Source: Pseudomonadota bacterium
GTDB taxonomy: Bacteria; Pseudomonadota; Alphaproteobacteria; RF32; CAG-239
Direction of reading: 5' to 3'
DNA: 64,000 bases
Assembly (NCBI GenBank): GCA_918234285.1
Contig: CAKJXZ020000003.1
Coordinates: forward strand, 103,038 to 167,037
Both the position numbers and the translations under genes were made by a program. The notes below the pieces were generated by a model, which was not told where the DNA came from, searched no databases, and saw nothing but the letters and a program-made list of their open reading frames with translations. Positions 19,410-28,809 of this stretch are shown here, piece by piece. Positions within the stretch are counted from its first letter, which is position 1. Each line of letters begins with the position of its first letter.

Positions 19410-22025
19410 TTAACCCATATCCTTGCCCATTCTGCTCTTAATCATAGCATTCAAAGCCTGCTCGCCGTTACCGGAAACAGAAGAAGCTTTTTCCGCACCG
19501 GCCTCAACCGCAGAGCCCGGAACAACTTTCTTCGGAGCTGTCGGTACAGCGTAATCGGTGGATTGCTTATCCTTTTCCATCCAACCTGCATTACTTCCCG
19601 TCTTGTACGGCTGTTCCTTGGTGGTGATAACCGCACCGTCATCAGCATGACCATCAACCGGTGTCGGAGCAGGAACAGGAGCCGGTTCCGGTTCAGGAAC
19701 AGGGGCCGGTTCCGGTTCAGGTTTCGGCTCAACAACCTTCTTAACCACTGCCTTAAAGTGCTCCCAGTAGCTTACGTGAGCGCAATTAACGTCACCGGCC
19801 TTATGCATCAAATCGGAAGTACCGACATAGCGGTTGTTGTTAAGGTGCTCCAAACTCTTATCCAAGTCATCACCGCTGGCCGTAATGCGATTCAACGTAT
19901 TACCGAGATCTTCGGCAGAAACATTCACTTTTTCTTCGCAGAAGATAATGTGATTCAAAGCCTTAATTTCGGTTGCATTGGTCCAATAATCCGGTTCACC
20001 GTTAACCATCGTGGATTGAATCAATCCGCCGGAAACGTATTCACCTTTTTCACGCCAAGCGATGAGGTGCAGATACTTATACATAATCTCACCAACTGGT
20101 TTATCCGGCAAAGCACCGTTATCGATAGCTTTCTGAATATTGTCTGCCATCTTTTGAGTAACTTCTTCCATATTATCCGGATTTACATCCCAACCGTAGA
20201 TTTTAGCATATTCGGCAGCCTGACCTTGAACATGGTTTTCAATCCATTTTTCCTGACCGGAAGAAATACCCTCTCTCCAATCGGCATGGGTAACTTCAAC
20301 CGGAGCAGCATCGGCATTACCACCATTACCGCCGTTATCGGCAACCGGAGCTTCATTTTGATTATCGTTCAACGGAGCGAAGTGGTCCGGATTATGGTCA
20401 ACACCCATATTATAGTCGGCATTATAAGCATCAGCTGCACTGTTGGCCATGCAGAATTCCGACAAACCGGTACCCAAAATGCTGAGGTAGAAGTAAGTAC
20501 GAGCCTTCTTGTAACCCTTCAAGCTCTCCGCTGTCTGGTCTTCCTGATATTGCTGCTCAGCTTCTTTCATTTGTGCATGAGCATTGACGTTGCCGCCGAT
20601 CATACGCGTACCGGAGGAAATCGCTCTGGTACCCATATAAGCACCGGCACCGGCCAAACCTAACACAGCACCGCCGCCGACAATTACCGGAGTGGCCAAA
20701 CCGACAATCGCCGCACTGGCCAAACCGTACTTTCTGTTGGTACGTCTTTGACGATCGAATCTCTCTTTTTCTTTTGGATTCGCCATAATGGATTTATAAG
20801 CGTTACGAATACCGTTCCAACCTTTCCAGTTAGCGATTTCCTGTTCGTTACCGCTGGCTTGGGCAGCCTTATAGTTGGCATGTTTCTTTTCCCAAATCGT
20901 CCACTTAGACGGAGCAAACGATTGGTAAACACCATAAGCCGCAGCAGCAGCCAAGCCCGCCGGAATGGAATACAGAGCCGCACCCACCATACCGGCCGCA
21001 GCCAAAGTATTGGTAATACCGCGTCTGTGCGAGAAGTAACCGAACAAATCTCTACCGAATTCAACCGGAGTCATACCGCAATGCTTTTCAACAAATCTGT
21101 TGAATTTTTCCAACTTGCGCGACAGCCAGGAACCGGACTTTTCTTTGCCGGCTTCATTTAATCTATCGACCTTATCCTGCATCTTCTCTTTGGTAGATTC
21201 GATGCTGGAATAGAACTGATTGGCTTGAATCTTAACTTTTTTACCGTCAATAAAATCTTTTACGGCTTTATCGTCATCGCCGAGCATCTGCAACATGTCG
21301 CCGCGGAAATTGGTAATAACATCATCTTTCAAAGCATCTTTCTGCTCATCATCACTCTTAGCGGCAAAAGCGGCATCGTCCATGTGAGCCATCGAAACTT
21401 CGTTCAAAGCGGCACGCATCTTAGTCAGCCAGATTTCATTTTCATCTTCAACAGCCGCACCTTCTTCGTCAACAATGCTTACCTGATTACTGACTTTATT
21501 GATTTCGCTAATGCAAACGTTACGGAAATCATCACCGTCAAGAATACTGTCGATTTTTTCGGCATTGGCAACAATTGCATCATCGCTCATGCTCGGAGTC
21601 TGTTTTTGAACGGTTTCCTGCTTTTCCTGAATATGTTTCATTTTATCGGTTTCGGCAATCATGGCTTCGATAGCATCGCCTTTTTCCGGATCTTCTTTGA
21701 TTTCCGGCAATTCGCGCATCATTTTCAATGCTTCTTTGCGCAAATCCTTACTTTTGGACGCACTCAAGAACTCGGCAATCTTTTCCAATTCAGCCGTGTC
21801 ATTTTCTGCGCGTGCCACATCTGCACGATACAATGCGTTCAGTTCCTTAAGTAACGGACGATTGTTATCAAAATCCTTAATGGTTGCCAATACGCCGTTA
21901 TCCGGATCATGCTCTTTTAAATATCTGATAGCCTGGTCCAAATCTTTGCCGTAGGCATACGACTGAATAATTTTTTCTGCGTTTCTGATCTTGTCTTCAA
22001 CCGCAGCATTTCTTTGATTTGCCAT
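19410..22025 (-). CDS. Large orphan protein with central hydrophobic helices and PEPAPV repeats
   Basis: 871 aa, RBS aaggag, strongly biased codon usage. Confidence 0.8.
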   Translation of the reverse strand: MANQRNAAVEDKIRNAEKIIQSYAYGKDLDQAIRYLKEHDPDNGVLATIKDFDNNRPLLKELNALYRADVARAENDTAELEKIAEFLSASKSKDLRKEALKMMRELPEIKEDPEKGDAIEAMIAETDKMKHIQEKQETVQKQTPSMSDDAIVANAEKIDSILDGDDFRNVCISEINKVSNQVSIVDEEGAAVEDENEIWLTKMRAALNEVSMAHMDDAAFAAKSDDEQKDALKDDVITNFRGDMLQMLGDDDKAVKDFIDGKKVKIQANQFYSSIESTKEKMQDKVDRLNEAGKEKSGSWLSRKLEKFNRFVEKHCGMTPVEFGRDLFGYFSHRRGITNTLAAAGMVGAALYSIPAGLAAAAAYGVYQSFAPSKWTIWEKKHANYKAAQASGNEQEIANWKGWNGIRNAYKSIMANPKEKERFDRQRRTNRKYGLASAAIVGLATPVIVGGGAVLGLAGAGAYMGTRAISSGTRMIGGNVNAHAQMKEAEQQYQEDQTAESLKGYKKARTYFYLSILGTGLSEFCMANSAADAYNADYNMGVDHNPDHFAPLNDNQNEAPVADNGGNGGNADAAPVEVTHADWREGISSGQEKWIENHVQGQAAEYAKIYGWDVNPDNMEEVTQKMADNIQKAIDNGALPDKPVGEIMYKYLHLIAWREKGEYVSGGLIQSTMVNGEPDYWTNATEIKALNHIIFCEEKVNVSAEDLGNTLNRITASGDDLDKSLEHLNNNRYVGTSDLMHKAGDVNCAHVSYWEHFKAVVKKVVEPKPEPEPAPVPEPEPAPVPAPTPVDGHADDGAVITTKEQPYKTGSNAGWMEKDKQSTDYAVPTAPKKVVPGSAVEAGAEKASSVSGNGEQALNAMIKSRMGKDMG

Positions 22026-22280
22026 TTGAAAACTCCTTTAAGTGCATATTTCGTCATTATTTCTGCACCGACTATACACCCATTTTTACTATTTTGCAAC
22101 ACTTTTTTGTCGAAAAATGCATTTTTTTTATATTTTTTTTCTAAATATCCCGAATCAGCCTTATTTTAGGCGCTTTGACAAATTGAAGAAAATTACATTT
22201 TTGGTTAAAAATAAAAAAATCTTGCTTTATCGTCGCGAACATAATATAACAGCGACATTATAATATATAGGGAAAAAGTT

Positions 22281-23363
22281 ATGAAAGTTGATTTGTTTGA
22301 TTTCGATTTGGATAAAGAGCTGATTGCCAAAGAGCCGGCGAATCCGCGTGATTCATCGCGATTGCTGGATTTATCGGAAGAAAACACCATTACCGACCGC
22401 CATTTTTACGACTTGCCGCAAATCCTCAAGTCGGGCGATGTTATGGTGTTTAACGATACCAAAGTTATCCCGGCGCGGCTCTACGGCAAGCGGGGCGAAG
22501 CCCTGGTCGAGGTTACGCTGTATCACCCGGACGACGGCATTCGCTGGTGGTCGTTTATCAAAAATTCCAAACGCCTGCATGTCGGCGATACCATTCATTT
22601 TTACAATGCCGACATTACCGCCGAAGAATCCTACTTTTCCGCCGATATTTTGCAAAAAGACACCGAGGACGGCGTGTTTATCAAATTCAATTGCGAGCCG
22701 GATAAATTGGGCGTCATGCTCGAAAAATACGGTTCTATGCCGCTACCGCCTTACATCAAACGCGACAAGCCTTTGGCCGGATTATGGAATCCGTATAACG
22801 ACAAAGAAAACTATCAAACGGTTTATGCCAAATATGAGGGTGCGGTTGCCGCTCCCACCGCCGGCTTACATTTTACCGACCGCCTCTTAAAAGAAATCGA
22901 CAATATGGGAGTCAAACGTGTGTTTTTAACGCTGCACGTCGGAGCCGGTACCTTTTTGCCGGTCAAAACCGAAGACACCAAAGACCATAAAATGCACGCC
23001 GAATACGGTGTTATCTCTCCGGAGACCGCCGACCTCATCAATCAAGCCAAGAAGGAAGGACGCCGTATTATCGCCGTCGGCACCACTTCGGTTCGCCTTT
23101 TGGAGAGTGCCGCCGATGACCGGGGCATTCTGCATCCTTTTTGCGGTGAAACCGATATTTTCATCACACCCGGCTATAAATTTAAGATGCTGGATATGAT
23201 TATCACCAACTTTCATCTGCCGAAGTCAACTTTATTTATGCTGATTTGTGCCATTGCCGGCACCGAACGGATGAAGGCGGCCTATGCTCACGCCATTGCC
23301 GAGCGCTATCGTTTTTATTCGTACGGCGACAGCTCTATTTTAAAATGTATAAATAAAATTTAA
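22281..23363 (+). CDS. queA: S-adenosylmethionine:tRNA ribosyltransferase-isomerase
   Basis: VFNDTKVIPARL, YQTVYA, AAPTAGLHF, TNFHLPKST, YRFYSYGD. Confidence 0.97.
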   Translation: MKVDLFDFDLDKELIAKEPANPRDSSRLLDLSEENTITDRHFYDLPQILKSGDVMVFNDTKVIPARLYGKRGEALVEVTLYHPDDGIRWWSFIKNSKRLHVGDTIHFYNADITAEESYFSADILQKDTEDGVFIKFNCEPDKLGVMLEKYGSMPLPPYIKRDKPLAGLWNPYNDKENYQTVYAKYEGAVAAPTAGLHFTDRLLKEIDNMGVKRVFLTLHVGAGTFLPVKTEDTKDHKMHAEYGVISPETADLINQAKKEGRRIIAVGTTSVRLLESAADDRGILHPFCGETDIFITPGYKFKMLDMIITNFHLPKSTLFMLICAIAGTERMKAAYAHAIAERYRFYSYGDSSILKCINKI

Positions 23364-23403
23364 ACGCTTTTGTTTTATCCTTTTGCTCTAAAGGAGAAAA
23401 ACA

Positions 23404-24576
23404 GTGTTTATCAAACCGCCGGAGAATATAAAATACATTTTTTCAACCATCAAAAGTTCGTTTTTGCCGGCTGTTATTCTGTTTATCGGACTGATTGCGT
23501 TTTATGCGCAAAATCCTTACGAAGACAATGTCGCCACCGTATTGCATTATTTATTTTTTCTGGTGGCGTCCGTAAACATCGCTTTACTGTGCATTTCTAA
23601 CCAATCCAAGCCTCTGTTCAGTCTGTTACTCGGTGTCGTCAGTTATATAATCATTAATCAGCTGAAAATGTCGTATGGAGAAAATTATATTTCGTCTACG
23701 GAATTTTATTGCCTTTGCTTTATTTTGCCGATTAATTTTGTTTTCTTATATTTTCTGCCGCAATCAAAATTACAGGAAAAACGTAACACCTATTTATTGC
23801 TCGGTTTATTGGCGCTGACTGCCCTGTTGTCGCACCTTCACTCCGTGTTTGCGTTTATTCCGCACATAGATATCACCCTGGAGGCGATTCCGTTGTGGGC
23901 TTGCGTATTTTGGATTGTTTTGTTGGCACCGTTGGCAATCAACATCAGTTTCAAAAACACCATTGTCAACACCGGTCTGTTTTATGCGGTTGCCAGTCTG
24001 TTTATGGGAATTGTTTATTCCAATTCGCCGTCGGGTTTAACCACGTTCTTTTTGGGATTTGCTCTGATTCTGCTGTGCGTGACCGTCTTAAATCTTTATC
24101 GCAGCTTTAATTACGATGAATTGGAAAACGTCGGCAGCAAAATCGCCTATATGAATCATGCCAATTCCAAATTCCCGTTTAAATATACTATTGCCTTGTT
24201 CAGTATTGACAACCGCGATAAACTGCTCAGCGCCATCGGAGAAGCCCAATGCAAGGTACTCGATCAAATGGTGGTTAACCGCATCTTGGAAATGCCGTAT
24301 AATTTCAGTATTTATCGCTATAACGAGGCTGAATTGATTTTAGTTTTCAAAAACGAAGATGCCCGCCATGTCAAGGAATTCGCCGACAACATCCGTCGCA
24401 ACATTGCCGCCGCAGAATTTGTTTTTGCCTCACGCAAGAGTGTCAAAATCACTATTTCTGTGTGTGTTTCGGAAAAAACCCGTAAGGATTTGGATGCCGC
24501 CGAAGTTACCGAGCGTACCCATAATGCGCTACAAAAAAACTATCGTTTCAATTGCAATATCATTACCGTAGCTTAG
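23404..24576 (+). CDS. Membrane protein with degenerate GGDEF-like domain
   Basis: About 8 TM segments; YRYNEAEL at the GGDEF position; ITISVCVSE. Confidence 0.7.
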   Translation: MFIKPPENIKYIFSTIKSSFLPAVILFIGLIAFYAQNPYEDNVATVLHYLFFLVASVNIALLCISNQSKPLFSLLLGVVSYIIINQLKMSYGENYISSTEFYCLCFILPINFVFLYFLPQSKLQEKRNTYLLLGLLALTALLSHLHSVFAFIPHIDITLEAIPLWACVFWIVLLAPLAINISFKNTIVNTGLFYAVASLFMGIVYSNSPSGLTTFFLGFALILLCVTVLNLYRSFNYDELENVGSKIAYMNHANSKFPFKYTIALFSIDNRDKLLSAIGEAQCKVLDQMVVNRILEMPYNFSIYRYNEAELILVFKNEDARHVKEFADNIRRNIAAAEFVFASRKSVKITISVCVSEKTRKDLDAAEVTERTHNALQKNYRFNCNIITVA

Positions 24577-25376
24577 CTTTTTGCGCCCGTTCGCAGCAAA
24601 CAGCGACCGCACAGCCATACACCCAGCAACGTAATCGGCACGGAAAGCCATTGTCCCATGGTCATTCCGAGCCACAAAAATCCGAGTTGCGCATCAGGTT
24701 CGCGAAATTGTTCAACCGCCAGACGGCACAGCGCATATCCCAATAAAAATGCGCCGGAAATAAAGCCGGTATTCTCGCGACACCATTTATTGCGCCACAT
24801 TAAATTAAGCACAATAAACAAACATATTCCTTCCAAACAGGCCTCATAAATTTGCGACGGGTGTCGCGGCAGATATCCGCCGCGCGGAAAACGCACCGCC
24901 CACGCCACATCGGTCACGCGCCCCCATAATTCGTCGTTGATAAAATTGGCCAATCTGCCGAAAAAAATCCCCATCGGCACCACCGGTGCCACCAAATCGG
25001 TCAGTTTCAAAAACGGATATTTAATCATTTTCGTAAAAACAAATAAAGCGACAATAACTCCGATTATGCCGCCGTGAAACGACATTCCGCCATGCCATAT
25101 TGCCAGCATTTCCAGCGGATTTTGCCAATACTGCGCCCCGCCGTAAAACAAAATATAGCCGATTCTCCCGCCGAGAATAATCCCGAGCGTTACGGCAAAC
25201 GCCGCATCTTCGCAATTCTGTTTTGTCAGCCCGAGGTTATATTTTTTTATTCTGACGGCAGCCAACCACCATCCCAGCAAAATGCCAACCAAATACGCCA
25301 TGGAATACCATCTGACCGCTATCGGCCCGATGGAAAAAATTATCGGTGATATTTCCGGATACGCCAAACCGACCAT
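24573..25376 (-). CDS. lgt: Prolipoprotein diacylglyceryl transferase
   Basis: GGMSFHGG, GRLANFINDELWGR, RHPSQIYE. Confidence 0.97.
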   Translation of the reverse strand: MVGLAYPEISPIIFSIGPIAVRWYSMAYLVGILLGWWLAAVRIKKYNLGLTKQNCEDAAFAVTLGIILGGRIGYILFYGGAQYWQNPLEMLAIWHGGMSFHGGIIGVIVALFVFTKMIKYPFLKLTDLVAPVVPMGIFFGRLANFINDELWGRVTDVAWAVRFPRGGYLPRHPSQIYEACLEGICLFIVLNLMWRNKWCRENTGFISGAFLLGYALCRLAVEQFREPDAQLGFLWLGMTMGQWLSVPITLLGVWLCGRCLLRTGAKS

Positions 25377-25613
25377 TTGTCCCCCTTTATAACGAATTGC
25401 TTAAAAGTATATTAAGAAAAAACAGATAATCCACACATAAAAAATTATTATAAACACCTTTATTTTTAACCCACTGAAAAATCAAGTTTATTTTTGCTTA
25501 TTATGCAAAAAAAATTTTTTTATGTGTAAAAAGTGGAAAAGTTAACGTTAAAATTTGAGTTTTATCTGCAAAGTATGTCATCTTGTAATTAAATTGATCA
25601 CGGGAAAAGGTAA

Positions 25614-26090
25614 ATGCTGGCAGAAAACTTATACAACTTCAACCCTATCGATGATATCGAATACCTGTTTGTAGAGCGACAACACTCCACCGAACGTCGC
25701 AACAATCACGAGGTTGTGGTGGAAATCAGCGGCAAATGGGATAATATGCTGTTTTTCTTCGCCTGGGAAGAAGAAATGCATTGCCTGCACATCTCCTGTA
25801 TGATTAACATTGAGCCGGAAAACATTTATCTGCCTAGCATTTTCGAGCTTTTAGCTTTACTCAACGAAGATCTCTGGGTCGGTTATTTTTCTTATTGGGA
25901 AGAAGTACGAATGCCTGTTTTCAAGCACTCGGTCATAATTGACGAGAAAGATACCAATATCATCGTTAAACTGCAGCAGATTCTCAATATTGCCATTACC
26001 GAATGCGAGCGCGCCTATCCGGTGTTTCATGCCGTGTTTAAGCAAAACATCAGCCCGCGCAAAGCACTTATGCCGACTGTTCTGATGTAA
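25614..26090 (+). CDS. YbjN-domain protein (alphaproteobacterial type)
   Basis: NPIDDIE, LNEDLWVGYF, AITECERAYP. Confidence 0.8.
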   Translation: MLAENLYNFNPIDDIEYLFVERQHSTERRNNHEVVVEISGKWDNMLFFFAWEEEMHCLHISCMINIEPENIYLPSIFELLALLNEDLWVGYFSYWEEVRMPVFKHSVIIDEKDTNIIVKLQQILNIAITECERAYPVFHAVFKQNISPRKALMPTVLM

Positions 26091-26829
26091 TTTCACGCCA
26101 TTTTATCAGGCATTTTGCCAGTTCATCTCCGCTTTTTTCGTCGCGGATGACATGCATACTCTCCGATTCGTTTTGCTTAGTTTCCACTTTAACCTTTTCA
26201 CCGAAAAGCGCTTCTTTCTTAAAGTTCAATTCAATTTCAATCGGCAAGTGCGAAATACGGTATTTGCTGTCCAAACTCTCGCTGGCCCATACCGGATACA
26301 CTGCATTGTTAACGTGATTATTAACGTCGATATCGTCGAAACGCACCGCAAATTCTGTTACCAAATCCGGATTCTCTACTTCCGGCAACTTATGAAAATC
26401 ATCTTCCATAACCCGCTCGTCCAAACATTTGTAGTCCGGAAAATATTTACTCAAAGCCACCGGTCGACGCCGCTCATAATCCACCAACACCCACTGGCTG
26501 GAAGCACAGGCAATCACTCCACCGTTTGTGTCTTTAATATTAAAGTTACGAATTGCGCCCCAAAGTTTGGCCTCTGCCGGCCACGTTTCAATCACAAAAT
26601 GTTCGTCAATCCGCGGCAACCTCTTAATCTTTATCAGATAATTGGAACCCACCCAAGTCAAATTGTGTTCGTGACATTGCGCAAACCCCAGACCCAACAC
26701 ATCGGCATTTTCACAGGCAATATCCTGTAAAATGTTCATCAAGGTCAAAATGCGCAAAAAGCCGTGGCAATCCGCCTCATAACTTTTGACGATATATTCT
26801 TTGATATACTTGGTAATCTGTTGCGACAT
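26068..26829 (-). CDS. Acyl-ACP thioesterase
   Basis: VKSYEAD, DIDVNNHVNNAVY. Confidence 0.9.
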   Translation of the reverse strand: MSQQITKYIKEYIVKSYEADCHGFLRILTLMNILQDIACENADVLGLGFAQCHEHNLTWVGSNYLIKIKRLPRIDEHFVIETWPAEAKLWGAIRNFNIKDTNGGVIACASSQWVLVDYERRRPVALSKYFPDYKCLDERVMEDDFHKLPEVENPDLVTEFAVRFDDIDVNNHVNNAVYPVWASESLDSKYRISHLPIEIELNFKKEALFGEKVKVETKQNESESMHVIRDEKSGDELAKCLIKWREITSEQSA

Positions 26830-26834
26830 TGCTA

Positions 26835-27443
26835 TTAAAACAACTCTTTACCGGAAGACAAACCGGCCACTTTATAAGACTCAAAACGTTTGCTCAAACG
26901 ATTCGCATAAAGCGCACCTTCGGTCGAATTACCCGAGTGATAACTCTTTGCGGCCTGCTTCCAATCGTTGCCGTTACGCGAATAAAGCGTGCGCAAGAAC
27001 TTAGCACTGTAACGTACGTTTTGCTGCGGATCCATCGCATCTTCAAGCGAAGAAAACGCCTTACCGTGGAACTTCATATTGATTTGCATACAACCGACAT
27101 CGATGCTCGTAACCCCGCTCGCAATAAACTTTTTAGCGGCAGCAATAGCTTCCTCTTTTGTTTTGAAATAGTAACCGCGACCCTTGGCATTCACGGTCCA
27201 CGGCCATGCCACATAAGCATTATGAAATTCGTTCCATACACCGCTTTCAACCGCGGCTATGGTTTGGAGTAAATCAAAATTAACTCCGTAGTCGGCACTT
27301 GCTTCCTTGGCAGCCGCCAAACAAAGAGAGCTGTCCGAAACATGCTCTTTAGCCGATAATATTTCAGTATCTTCATTAGCATAAATTGCCCCGCTGATTA
27401 AAACGCAGACACTGAACAATAAAATTGCAAACTTGTTTAACAC
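26835..27443 (-). CDS. Lytic transglycosylase (SLT domain)
   Basis: IAAVESG, WPWTVN, SIDVGCMQIN, YHS; signal peptide. Confidence 0.9.
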   Translation of the reverse strand: MLNKFAILLFSVCVLISGAIYANEDTEILSAKEHVSDSSLCLAAAKEASADYGVNFDLLQTIAAVESGVWNEFHNAYVAWPWTVNAKGRGYYFKTKEEAIAAAKKFIASGVTSIDVGCMQINMKFHGKAFSSLEDAMDPQQNVRYSAKFLRTLYSRNGNDWKQAAKSYHSGNSTEGALYANRLSKRFESYKVAGLSSGKELF

Positions 27444-27546
27444 GATGACGTGTCATCCCATAAATCTGCCTGCCGCCAAACACGCCTCCCGACTTTTAAG
27501 AATTTCAGCCTGTTCTTACAACCTAATGCCGACAGCCTCAGCAGTA

Positions 27547-27591
27547 TTAAACCTATTAACCGTTCATTAAAAAAGATTAACAAACCGTTAA
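27547..27591. promoter_or_regulatory. Tandem CtrA-type boxes upstream of the SLT gene
   Basis: TTAA-N7-TTAA at 27556-27570 and 27577-27591, plus a half-site at 27547. Confidence 0.65.
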
Positions 27592-27807
27592 ACAAGAGTC
27601 ATATAACACGGCTTTTTTTAAAAATCCAGTAAAAAACGCTTTTTATCCGTATTTTTATAGTTAAAATTCAAACAACCAATTGTTTTATAATGGTTTTTTC
27701 AATAAATAAAAATGCCGTTTTTTATATTTTTAAGTCCGAAATTCCTCATTTGCATATTGTAAAAATTCTATCTTGATATTTTTAAAAGAATCTCTATATT
27801 ATGAATC

Positions 27808-28104
27808 GTCAGGCAACTGACTGTGACACCAGAGGCCTTATGAAATAGGTACGTCGGACCCGAGGGCAGTACTCGGCACCTCCACCATTTTACGGGGGTG
27901 AAACAGGATTGACGGTGTATAGTAAAGATATGTGTTGTGTCCGGTGAGATACCACCGTTATCGGTTCAAACTAAATAAACGCAAATGATAATTTTGCACC
28001 TGTTGCCGTTGCTGCGTAATGCGGTAAATGCAACGAATTTCAATTCTTTGAGCTTTGGTTAGCTTAAAGTGGGGAGTGAGCCGCCCAGCAACAGAACGGC
28101 TCGT
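27808..28104 (+). ncRNA. ssrA: Circularly permuted two-piece tmRNA, tag ANDNFAPVAVAA
   Basis: T-arm CCGAG-GGCAGTA-CTCGG, CACCTCCACCA ending 27887, then GGGGGTG at 27894 (G3:U70); tag ORF 27981-28019; next to sspB; outer ends approximate. Confidence 0.95.
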
Positions 28105-28126
28105 TTGATTTTATTAAGAGGAAAAA

Positions 28127-28591
28127 ATGGTAGACTTTATTACGGAATTCAATTACGACGAATTGGTAGAAAAATCTTTGCGCAACGTAATTTATTATGC
28201 GCTGAAGGTTGTGGAGGAACAGGGTTTACCGGGCGAAAACCATTTTTATATAACTTTTCACACGGATTTTCGCGGAGTCGTTCTTTCCAAAAATCTTAAG
28301 ATTCAGTATCCGGATACCATGACCATTGTGCTGCAAAACCAATTTGATAATTTGGTGGTGCGGCACAACAGCTTTTCGGTTGATTTGAGCTTTGGCGGCA
28401 TTCCGCAAACCATTACCATTCCGTATGATGCCATTACTTATTTTGCCGATCCGTATGCCAAATTCGGCCTAAGTTTCGAACACGATGATATCGATGCCTT
28501 AAGCGCCTCAGAGGCCGACAGCGACGAAAACCCTCGCAAAGCCGGCAATGCCGAAGTAATTTCCATCGACAACTGGCGTAAAAAATCATGA
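28127..28591 (+). CDS. sspB: ClpXP adaptor SspB, alpha type
   Basis: GLPGENHFYITF, YPDTMTIVLQNQF, LSFGG, C-terminal VISIDNWRKK. Confidence 0.93.
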   Translation: MVDFITEFNYDELVEKSLRNVIYYALKVVEEQGLPGENHFYITFHTDFRGVVLSKNLKIQYPDTMTIVLQNQFDNLVVRHNSFSVDLSFGGIPQTITIPYDAITYFADPYAKFGLSFEHDDIDALSASEADSDENPRKAGNAEVISIDNWRKKS

Positions 28592-28809
28592 TTAAAATTT
28601 CGGTATTAATCGCCGGCAGACATGCCACCAGCATCAGCTTGGAAGAAGAATTTTACGAAGAATTCTTAAGCATCGCGGCCGAAATGAAAATGAGTCGCAA
28701 CCAACTGATTACACTTATTGATCGTACGCGCAAAGCCGAAAATCTTTCCAGCGCCGTACGTTTGTTTGTTTTGCAATATTATAAAGAAAAATCAGCTGCG
28801 CCAAAATGA
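28588..28809 (+). CDS. Ribbon-helix-helix domain protein
   Basis: IAGRHATSISLEEEF, NLSSAVRLFVL. Confidence 0.88.
   Translation: MIKISVLIAGRHATSISLEEEFYEEFLSIAAEMKMSRNQLITLIDRTRKAENLSSAVRLFVLQYYKEKSAAPK

Noticed and set aside
19332-20663. 443 aa plus-strand ORF
   Set aside because: Antisense shadow of the codon-biased 871 aa gene; no RBS or motifs.
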